Shown here one piece after another: positions 34,565 through 41,111 of a stretch of 41,111 bases of DNA (its first letter is position 1; each line of letters starts with the position of its first letter). The translations under genes and the position numbers were made by a program. Source of the DNA: a virus (lineage: Duplodnaviria > Caudoviricetes); the IMG/VR virus record IMGVR_UViG_3300027808_000061, positions 1 to 41,111 of that record. One strand, given 5' to 3'. The notes under the pieces are model-generated. The model was not told where the DNA came from. It searched no databases and saw nothing but the letters and a program-made list of their open reading frames with translations.

Positions 34565-34985
34565 TTATCCTCCGAATAATATCTGTGCTAGAAATTGATG
34601 GTGTATATGGGATGTAGACCATTTCTATTGCTCGGTCCTTAAGCCATGTCCTAGTGATGCCTAGCTGTCCAAGAAGCGATTCCCCAGTCCAGTCGTCACC
34701 ATGGGCGATGTACCCAATCTCTCGATTAGTAATCTTGTCGATTGTTAGTCCGGTGTCCTCATCGCCAATGTTGATGCAGACATCGTCTACGTACTTGCAG
34801 CCAATCAATGACTCCATGCGCTCACCGACAGTTAGGATCGGTGGCCTCTTGTATCGAGAAGCAAAGTCATCGGTATTCAACGACACAATGACTGGTCCAT
34901 GTTTCTGTGCTTGCTGGAGGAACTTCATGTGTCCGTAGTGAAACAAATCAAATGTTCCGCCAACGTAGACCCATGGCTTATTCAC
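34524..34985 (-). CDS. cytidylyltransferase (TagD/RfaE-like, HxGH superfamily)
   Basis: YVGGTFDLFHYGH, VSLNTD, YKR.P, ER...C.YVD, HGDDW, PYT..ISST. Confidence 0.92.
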   Translation of the reverse strand: MNKPWVYVGGTFDLFHYGHMKFLQQAQKHGPVIVSLNTDDFASRYKRPPILTVGERMESLIGCKYVDDVCINIGDEDTGLTIDKITNREIGYIAHGDDWTGESLLGQLGITRTWLKDRAIEMVYIPYTPSISSTDIIRRINGDADSDCDCSCR

Positions 34986-35466
34986 CTTCAACCTCATAGA
35001 CTGGAGTTGCTTCAATAACCTGGTAGGTTGCCGATGCTCCCCCAAGGATCTGGGCAAGCGATACGACCAGGTCGCGGTCAGCGGTCTTATCGTTTCGCTT
35101 GTCCATCATCTCCTGAGCTCTCAGGCCCTCGGAGAGTGTGGGAGTCATGCTCCCAGACTCTACCTCAGAGAATACGTAATCACGCACAAGCGTTGCAAGG
35201 TCTCGATGTTGCGCCTTAATGGTTTTCTGGGATTGCTCCATTTTCTTTACTGCAGCAATCCTAGCCGACTCATGTGGCGATGTAAGATGTTCTCGCTTAT
35301 GCTTGCCAAGCGTGTTACGACTAATGTAATAACCCTCGTCTTTTAGCCAAGACGCAATCTTAAGATCTGGCATTCCGTCTTTCATCCTCTTGTTGATTAG
35401 CTCAACCAGTGGACTCCGACAGACATGGCATCCAGTCAATACTGGAGCAAGGTCTGAGACCTGCAT
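34978..35466 (-). CDS. CxxC-HTH protein, candidate terminase small subunit
   Basis: CHVC, HTH (DLKIASWL...ISRNTLGKHKREH), helical C-half; upstream of TerL. Confidence 0.5.
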   Translation of the reverse strand: MQVSDLAPVLTGCHVCRSPLVELINKRMKDGMPDLKIASWLKDEGYYISRNTLGKHKREHLTSPHESARIAAVKKMEQSQKTIKAQHRDLATLVRDYVFSEVESGSMTPTLSEGLRAQEMMDKRNDKTADRDLVVSLAQILGGASATYQVIEATPVYEVEGE

Positions 35467-35678
35467 CAGTCTCCCTTATAGCCAAACGCTACGTCGTTAG
35501 GGTTTAGCCAACGAAGAACAACTGGTAGAATGGCAGCAATGCCAGCAGCGAAGACGCTCTTAATGGCGTCTCCATTGAGGTCAAATGCCGTACCTCCGAG
35601 TGCGAGGAATTGCGCCACACAAGCGGCAGCAAATGATCGACCCCACGATGCGAGCAGTGCCTTCTGTTCCTTATTCAT
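35466..35678 (-). CDS. holin
   Basis: Two TM segments, SWGRSF...PVVLRWLNPND..FG; adjacent to the peptidase; AGGAG RBS. Confidence 0.8.
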   Translation of the reverse strand: MNKEQKALLASWGRSFAAACVAQFLALGGTAFDLNGDAIKSVFAAGIAAILPVVLRWLNPNDVAFGYKGD

Positions 35679-35686
35679 AGTATCTC

Positions 35687-36256
35687 CTACTTCTTGACAA
35701 TGATGCAACGCTTAAACGGTGCATCACCCTTGCTGGAGGCAATTGCCTTCAGTTCCTTGTCCGTCACCGTGACGGCAAACTTTTCCTTACCCTTACCAGT
35801 AAATGTTGGGTCCGCGAACTGGAACCCGTGGTCTTCGCACCAGGATGCGGCAACCATGTGACCGTACGTCGCGCCAGCGTGCCTACCAATGTATCTCTTG
35901 TGCCACGCGCTGAGTGCCTGTGGCGGGTAATTCTTTGCTGCGTCCACGTTGATGATGAGTGCTGCGCCCTTCCTGAGGCTTGCCACGCAGTCGTCCCAGT
36001 CTCTTGGATATCTGGCGTTGGCGCCAAGTACTTTGCAGGTCTTGATTAGATCCCACAGACTTGAACCGTTGTCGCTGACACCCTGCTTCTCCTTGAATCC
36101 AGTAGCCTTCTCTTTTGCCGCAATACCTTCAGCGGCAGTAATCTCTTTGCCAAGGACCCAGGAGGACGCGCACGCGGCGCTTGATGGTCCACAGTCGTCT
36201 AGGATGCCGCCAGCCTCTACGTGGTCAAGTTGTGACCTGATTTTTAACTCGGTCAC
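35687..36256 (-). CDS. papain-fold (C39-like) peptidase, putative endolysin
   Basis: SQ...DDCGPSS (catalytic Cys), YGHMV (His), FADP (Asp); next to the holin. Confidence 0.7.
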   Translation of the reverse strand: MTELKIRSQLDHVEAGGILDDCGPSSAACASSWVLGKEITAAEGIAAKEKATGFKEKQGVSDNGSSLWDLIKTCKVLGANARYPRDWDDCVASLRKGAALIINVDAAKNYPPQALSAWHKRYIGRHAGATYGHMVAASWCEDHGFQFADPTFTGKGKEKFAVTVTDKELKAIASSKGDAPFKRCIIVKK

Positions 36257-36519
36257 TCAGGCGTCTCTTCTAGTACTGGGGTAGGCGCGGTAACAATATC
36301 AAATTCAAATGAGAACGTTGTCCCGTCCCAGTCCCAACCCTCTGCTGGGTTCTGCCCAGGGTATTCAGAAAGATCTACCAGGGTAAAGTCGTTTCCGAAC
36401 TTTGCTTTGACCGATCCGTCGCAAGACGCTGGCAGATCAAAGAACTCCCTGTCTGCTACAGCACAGAGTTTGACCTTGCCGTTAACGACGACTGCCCATT
36501 CCTTAATTATTCCTGCCAT
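36253..36519 (-). CDS. small acidic tail-fibre-associated protein
   Basis: WAVVVNGKV...GWDWDGTTF, a pattern typical of genes following Gly-rich fibres. Confidence 0.65.
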   Translation of the reverse strand: MAGIIKEWAVVVNGKVKLCAVADREFFDLPASCDGSVKAKFGNDFTLVDLSEYPGQNPAEGWDWDGTTFSFEFDIVTAPTPVLEETPE

Positions 36520-37508
36520 ACAATCTCCACATATCCGTTTCCGCCAGTTCCACCATTTGCAACTGTAGCATTACTCCCGCCAGCAATGGCACCACCGCCA
36601 CCAGCCCCAGTATTTGCTCGACCATCTGTTGCGTTTTTTGAATAACTTGAAGTGGCTGCTCCAAAATCGGGAAATACTCTACCAGCACTTGGTTCAAGGA
36701 TTACATTAAAATCATTAACTGGAATAGCCGACCCAATACCATTTGCCATTAGAGACATTCCTCCAGCCCCAAGACCCTTCCAACCAAATCCAGGGAGATA
36801 CGTAGTATGCGTCCTCATAAAGGAGACAATAGAGGTTCTTTTTACTCCATAGTAATGGGTTGTGTTTGTATCTGTATTTGCCAGAATTGACGCCTGACCA
36901 TCGGTCCCAGTTTCGTAAGAGTGGACAACTGGTACTGTAATATTGTTAAACCCATTAAAAAATGTAAACAAGGATGGTTGATATATGTCATTAAGCGTAG
37001 CCGCGCTGGAGCGAGATGCCAACAAGATTGGGGTTGACGCGCCGCACCCGTGACCCGAAGTTATAGGATCGCTATTGCCTGTATTGAATCCCCATCCGCC
37101 CATAGACCCACCTGGGTTTGATGTCGGGCGTGCTGCCGTCCCTATATTATTACTAACTCCTCCCTGTCCACCTGGAGCAGTAAACAGTGAACCAAACGTT
37201 GTATCGGTCCCATTTGACCCAGGCGCAGTAGTTGTATTTGCACCAGCTCCACCAGTTCCAATTGTTACCGTATACGTTGTTCCTGGTACCACTGGGAAAA
37301 TATTATCAATTACACCACCTCCGCCGCCGCCACCGCCAGAGACGAAATTAGAAGAAAATCCACACAGCGCGGCCCCGCCGCCGCCGCCGCCGCCAACGGC
37401 AAGCGCCTTAATGGAGTAAACCCCAGCAGGGGCAACCCACGATCCAGATGCGGTAAAACGTGCAATTCTTTCTTTTGCTTGCAAATTTTGATTATTATTA
37501 ACGCTCAT
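36507..37508 (-). CDS. glycine-rich tail fibre-like protein
   Basis: FTASGSWVAPAGV...VGGGGGGG...VVPGTTYTVTIG.GG...ANTGAGGGG...GG.G.V.I. Confidence 0.8.
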   Translation of the reverse strand: MSVNNNQNLQAKERIARFTASGSWVAPAGVYSIKALAVGGGGGGGAALCGFSSNFVSGGGGGGGGVIDNIFPVVPGTTYTVTIGTGGAGANTTTAPGSNGTDTTFGSLFTAPGGQGGVSNNIGTAARPTSNPGGSMGGWGFNTGNSDPITSGHGCGASTPILLASRSSAATLNDIYQPSLFTFFNGFNNITVPVVHSYETGTDGQASILANTDTNTTHYYGVKRTSIVSFMRTHTTYLPGFGWKGLGAGGMSLMANGIGSAIPVNDFNVILEPSAGRVFPDFGAATSSYSKNATDGRANTGAGGGGAIAGGSNATVANGGTGGNGYVEIVWQE

Positions 37509-37518
37509 TGTTTATCTC

Positions 37519-37848
37519 CTACGCAATCTCTGATCCGTATGCCGAAAAACTTAGATCTACAGCAGATGCATATACGGTAATTACATCCGCAGCGTTAATG
37601 CACAACGCGATGTTGTACACCGTCGTTGTATTTGGGGCGATCACTGTGTCGTATGCAAGGTAGTGCTTGTTTGCAAGGACTTCCCCATCTGGTCGAACTG
37701 CAATCCGATATGCAAGGGTTGACGTAGAGATGTTTGCCACTACCAGGCAAGAGATCACCGTCTCGGTTGCTGAAGGAACGGTGTAGAGCGTGGTCGCAGA
37801 AGCAGCAGATGGGCTGATCTGTCCAAGAACCTTATAACTTGTTGCCAT
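37519..37848 (-). CDS. conserved small structural protein
   Basis: YKVLGQ..P.A...TTLYTVP...YLAYD...D...VYAS...SFSAYGSEI. Confidence 0.75.
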   Translation of the reverse strand: MATSYKVLGQISPSAASATTLYTVPSATETVISCLVVANISTSTLAYRIAVRPDGEVLANKHYLAYDTVIAPNTTTVYNIALCINAADVITVYASAVDLSFSAYGSEIA

Positions 37849-37849
37849 C

Positions 37850-38716
37850 TTATACTCCTGTCAAAAATAGTGGCGTGAATCCGCCGCCACCAGATGCGGC
37901 TTGAAATGATGCGTTACCAGCACCGTCTGCTGTTAGTACCGTACTTGCGGCTGCTGCCCCAGAGCCAATTTTAGATGTCGTCACCGCTAGGCTAATGAGT
38001 TGGCTAGAGCCAACAGAGGTTGCGCTGAGGTGGCTGGAGTTGATGCTTCCAGCCACGATGGAGACCGTAGAGGTCCCAGATGCGGTAGATACAGAGGCTG
38101 GAGAGGTCCCAATGACAGCATTGACGTATGTCCCAGAGGCCTGATAACTACCCGATGACTGGAATCCAGTGGTGTCAATGGAGATACTTACTGCCCCCGC
38201 TGTAGAGAGCGAAGCAGAAATCGGTAGCGTTGCACTCACGCTAGAAGCATAATTTCCAGATGCCTGATAACTTCCTGCGGTCTGGTAGTTGGCATTGAGG
38301 GAGATTGTCGCCGTCGTGCCAGAGACTGCGGCACTGATGGGGGAGGTCCCAATGATGTTGGTGATCCCTGTGGCGTCTGCTGGCAGTGCGGCCCACGTCG
38401 TGGCGCCAGTACCGTCCGCTCGGAGGTAGTACCCTGCCGGGTTGGTTGACGATGAGATGGCAATAACCTTGCCAGAGGTTGTTGATGTGACCGAGATCGG
38501 GATGGTCCCAGTGAGGGTGGTGACGGAGACGGAGTTGGAGAGGGTCTGGAACTCATTGGTGTCTACCCACGCCAGGGTCGGCTCTACTGGAGCAATGTCG
38601 TCATTGAACTCATCGTAGAGCTGGTCTGGGATGGAGAAGACAGTACCCGCTGGACCTACGACCTCATAGCCCTGCCAATGGATGTCGACTGCTCGTCCGA
38701 ACGTAAACGTTGCCAT
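37850..38716 (-). CDS. Ser/Thr-rich fibre-like structural protein
   Basis: Repeated GTSPIS-like units, YLRADGTG / VLTADGAG fibre motifs, ends GGGGFTPLFLTGV. Confidence 0.7.
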   Translation of the reverse strand: MATFTFGRAVDIHWQGYEVVGPAGTVFSIPDQLYDEFNDDIAPVEPTLAWVDTNEFQTLSNSVSVTTLTGTIPISVTSTTSGKVIAISSSTNPAGYYLRADGTGATTWAALPADATGITNIIGTSPISAAVSGTTATISLNANYQTAGSYQASGNYASSVSATLPISASLSTAGAVSISIDTTGFQSSGSYQASGTYVNAVIGTSPASVSTASGTSTVSIVAGSINSSHLSATSVGSSQLISLAVTTSKIGSGAAAASTVLTADGAGNASFQAASGGGGFTPLFLTGV

Positions 38717-38877
38717 TACTTCCCCCTACGACCCTGTGCTGTCTTGGCTGAATCCTTGAAGTCCTTTGCGCTAGGTGCGCCCTTGGAGCCAGGCTTGCGC
38801 ATCTTCTCGCCAGAACCAGCGGCGATCCGCTTCTTCTTGGCGTTGATGTTTGCGTAGAGGCCTGGCTTTGCTGGCAT
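38716..38877 (-). CDS. 53-aa basic protein (not in ORF track)
   Basis: MPAKPGLYANINAKKKRIAAGSGEKMRKPGSKGAPSAKDFKDSAKTAQGRRGK; TAATG at both ends; GLYANI.AK motif recurrent in aquatic phages. Confidence 0.85.
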   Translation of the reverse strand: MPAKPGLYANINAKKKRIAAGSGEKMRKPGSKGAPSAKDFKDSAKTAQGRRGK

Positions 38878-39023
38878 TACTTCTTTCCCTTTGGCTTGGT
38901 GTGGGTGACTACCTTGCTTGCGGCAGTATGGGTTGCCCCAGTATGGATCTGCCCGTTCATCTTATGAACTGGCCCCTTGTGTTCCTTGCCGTTAGGCAGG
39001 TAGTGCTTTGACCCTGCTGCCAT
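38877..39023 (-). CDS. 48-aa His/Lys-rich protein (not in ORF track)
   Basis: MAAGSKHYLPNGKEHKGPVHKMNGQIHTGATHTAASKVVTHTKPKGKK; TAATG at both ends. Confidence 0.8.
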   Translation of the reverse strand: MAAGSKHYLPNGKEHKGPVHKMNGQIHTGATHTAASKVVTHTKPKGKK

Positions 39024-39499
39024 TACTGAGCGGTTCGCTTCCCAGTAGTGTTTCGGCCAGCCTTGGCCATATTTGTCTTCTTTGTTGCTACCTTCTCAAT
39101 GATTCGGTCTCGCTTACGAGACTTAATATAATTATCAAATTCCTGGCTGGAGGCCTTAACATTCTTAGGTCCAACAACACCGCCACGCTTAAGATCTACA
39201 GTTCCACGTCCACGCTGAAGAGTTGGTCCTGATCGTTGCGGCTTTCGTCCTGTTTCGTAATTTGAATACGTTTCAGTTACAAAACCTGGCTTCATGCCGT
39301 CGGCGTAACGAGTAGTTCCATCTTTTGACTTATACGAAGGAACTCTAACTTTTACATTAAATCCTTCCTGTTGAGCAATAGTATTTCGTTTTCCCCTTCC
39401 ACCATATGATGGGTAGGTTACGGTTCTTTCAAATGGTAGTGAAGTTCCATATGTGTCTGGAACGTCAAACCCGTTGCTCTTCTTCTTTGCTGTTGCCAT
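39023..39499 (-). CDS. basic hypothetical protein
   Basis: 158 aa, K/R-rich, GGAG RBS. Confidence 0.7.
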   Translation of the reverse strand: MATAKKKSNGFDVPDTYGTSLPFERTVTYPSYGGRGKRNTIAQQEGFNVKVRVPSYKSKDGTTRYADGMKPGFVTETYSNYETGRKPQRSGPTLQRGRGTVDLKRGGVVGPKNVKASSQEFDNYIKSRKRDRIIEKVATKKTNMAKAGRNTTGKRTAQ

Positions 39500-39502
39500 T
39501 TT

Positions 39503-39892
39503 CTACTTTTCTCCAAATCCTGGTAGTGGCAATAACTGTGCCACAACAGTTGAGAGCGAATCTGCTCCCCGTTCCGACTCTACGTCCCAGACGTGGGACA
39601 GGATCTCATACGCCGCACTCCCTAACGGCTTCTCCATCGTATCCACTAGGCGCTCGACCCCTGCGTAGTGGCAATGGATCAACTCGTGTGCGACGACCCT
39701 TCGGATCTCTGCCCCCTTCTCCTTCCAGAGGTCGGGCGAGAAGCGAATGGTTGCCTTGTACAGGTTTTGGCTTACCTCGATGTCCGCCCAAGCGTCCTCC
39801 GATGCAGCTTCCTTAGATACTTTAATTTCCCAGTGGGCCAGACCCAATAGCCTTGCACAGCGGGTGACGTATTCGCTTACCGCTGTCGGCAT
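39503..39892 (-). CDS. zincin-like metallopeptidase (HExxH)
   Basis: VVAHELIHCH with downstream E (ESERGAD). Confidence 0.7.
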   Translation of the reverse strand: MPTAVSEYVTRCARLLGLAHWEIKVSKEAASEDAWADIEVSQNLYKATIRFSPDLWKEKGAEIRRVVAHELIHCHYAGVERLVDTMEKPLGSAAYEILSHVWDVESERGADSLSTVVAQLLPLPGFGEK

Positions 39893-39925
39893 AGGACCCC
39901 CTCTAAATGTTTATATTGTAACTTT

Positions 39926-40240
39926 TTACTTTACGACCGCTGGGTTAACCTTGGAACCCTTGACGCCCTTGAGTCCCTCTGGGGTCTTGTACCCAGCAGG
40001 AACGCTGACGACTCGTGTGCCGTCTCGCTTGACGCGGACAACGGTACCGTCGGCCTTCGTGATGACGCGGTTGCCGCCCTTGCGGACGACGACGCTTTCG
40101 CCCTTCTTGTTGGTCTTGGCGACGTCCCCAGTCTTAGCCTTAATCTTCATTGCAGCGGTCGTGAAGAACTTCATTTTCCCAGAAGTTGTCTTTATCTTGC
40201 CAAGAGCCTGCTCTCGACTGTTTTTCCCAATTGTTGGCAT
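39926..40240 (-). CDS. very basic protein with beta-hairpin repeats
   Basis: NKKGESVV / KGGNRVI / KADGTVV / KRDGTRV. Confidence 0.7.
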   Translation of the reverse strand: MPTIGKNSREQALGKIKTTSGKMKFFTTAAMKIKAKTGDVAKTNKKGESVVVRKGGNRVITKADGTVVRVKRDGTRVVSVPAGYKTPEGLKGVKGSKVNPAVVK

Positions 40241-40617
40241 TATCGTCCCCTACTCTGACCCTTGCGGGTCTTTCCACTTGCCTTCTTAATTGCGTCTCGC
40301 TTAAGTCGTTCCTTAAGTGCATTTGAACCAAGTACGGTAGCTCCGCCAATAAGACCGAGGCCAATTGGAATTGTGTAGTCAATACTTGTGGTTGAGTTAT
40401 ATGCGTTCATTGGCTTAAGCTTAGGTAGGCTGCCCTTATACGAACTAATCATTGGGCTTGTCTTGCCAAAGCTCGTTGTCTTGTAAAGGTTTGCCGCTAC
40501 TTTTCCAGCACCAGCACGCTGGTTAGCGACTGCGCGTGCGCCCTGACTTGACTGTCCAAGGGATAGCGACCCTTTGCCTGACCCCTCTGGGCTCAGTGAT
40601 CCTGGTTTACGTGGCAT
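40240..40617 (-). CDS. basic protein with one hydrophobic segment, first late-arm gene
   Basis: GGGAGG RBS; IPIGLGLIGGATVLG. Confidence 0.7.
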   Translation of the reverse strand: MPRKPGSLSPEGSGKGSLSLGQSSQGARAVANQRAGAGKVAANLYKTTSFGKTSPMISSYKGSLPKLKPMNAYNSTTSIDYTIPIGLGLIGGATVLGSNALKERLKRDAIKKASGKTRKGQSRGR

Positions 40618-40619
40618 TA

Positions 40620-41111
40620 TCGTCCTCCCTTTAATACTTTAGTACCTCATTTGGATAGACCCCTCCTTAAACCGGAGGGAATCTTGCGGGTCTTCTTACC
40701 TCCCCGCGTTCTTTTTAGTGTTACATGTTTGGAGATCGGGGAGGTTTCTCTCGCCCCCCTCTATCCCCCCACTTATAACCACAAAAACAGGCCCTTTTTG
40801 ACAAATGTTGCACATTAAGTTTTCTTAACAATCTATGCATGTTCTGTCATTTGCGTGCTGGTACGAATTTTTATATTTTGGGAAGGCTTTCTGTTCATAT
40901 ACCTGTCAATGCAAACCTAGGGTGGCATGCTCATTTAACTTTGAGGGGAGGGCGGCGGGTTGTCAGTGAGTGTGCATAGTCCAGGAGTGGGTATTCCTCC
41001 ACGCACGCCTAGATTTCAGCAAATACTGGGGGGGGAGAGGGGGTCAGAAATAATCGAGGACACCAGAGGCCGACAGACAACCCCGGCATGGTGAGATGGG
41101 AGGGAAGGGGA
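40620..41111. other. non-coding control/terminal region
   Basis: No ORF of 60 aa or more; inverted repeats (40661-40679; 40698-40706 with 40737-40745), AT-rich core about 40770-40900, G-tract-rich end. Confidence 0.55.

Noticed and set aside
40798-40909. Two TTGACA hexamers as promoters
   Set aside because: Neither has a plausible -10 box at 16-18 bp.
1-41111. tRNA, integrase/att site, reverse transcriptase/DGR, alternative genetic code, terminal repeats
   Set aside because: None recognised by eye; genes tile fully in the standard code and the window ends share no obvious repeat. tRNAscan-SE and Infernal were not run.

Overview
The window looks like an essentially complete (or nearly complete) genome of a tailed dsDNA phage (Caudoviricetes). 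I see no integrase, DNA polymerase, tRNA or CRISPR array. A GC-rich left arm (about 1-6960, mostly + strand) holds small, often acidic early genes behind sigma70-type promoters, an RlpA-like protein and a host-like DnaB helicase. Everything else is on the - strand. Read from the right end it runs: small basic proteins and an HExxH peptidase; fibre-like genes; a C39-like peptidase/holin lysis pair; TerS candidate, cytidylyltransferase, GT2 and TerL; portal; two giant proteins (928 and 1753 aa); scaffold; major capsid; a GT-B glycosyltransferase; adaptor; Dit-like and Ig-bearing tail proteins. A middle module follows with an HTH-metallophosphoesterase, HAD, RmlD-like, SDR epimerase, Cas4-like nuclease, ERF, resolvase, RmlC and DUF1599-like genes. 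The two most notable observations are (i) a dispersed phage-encoded nucleotide-sugar and glycosyltransferase set next to very Ser/Thr-rich virion proteins, a candidate virion-glycosylation system, and (ii) an AT-rich in-frame segment carrying a GNAT acetyltransferase inside the 1753-aa protein encoded between portal and scaffold, a candidate injected effector. All family calls come from motif recognition by eye, not database searches.
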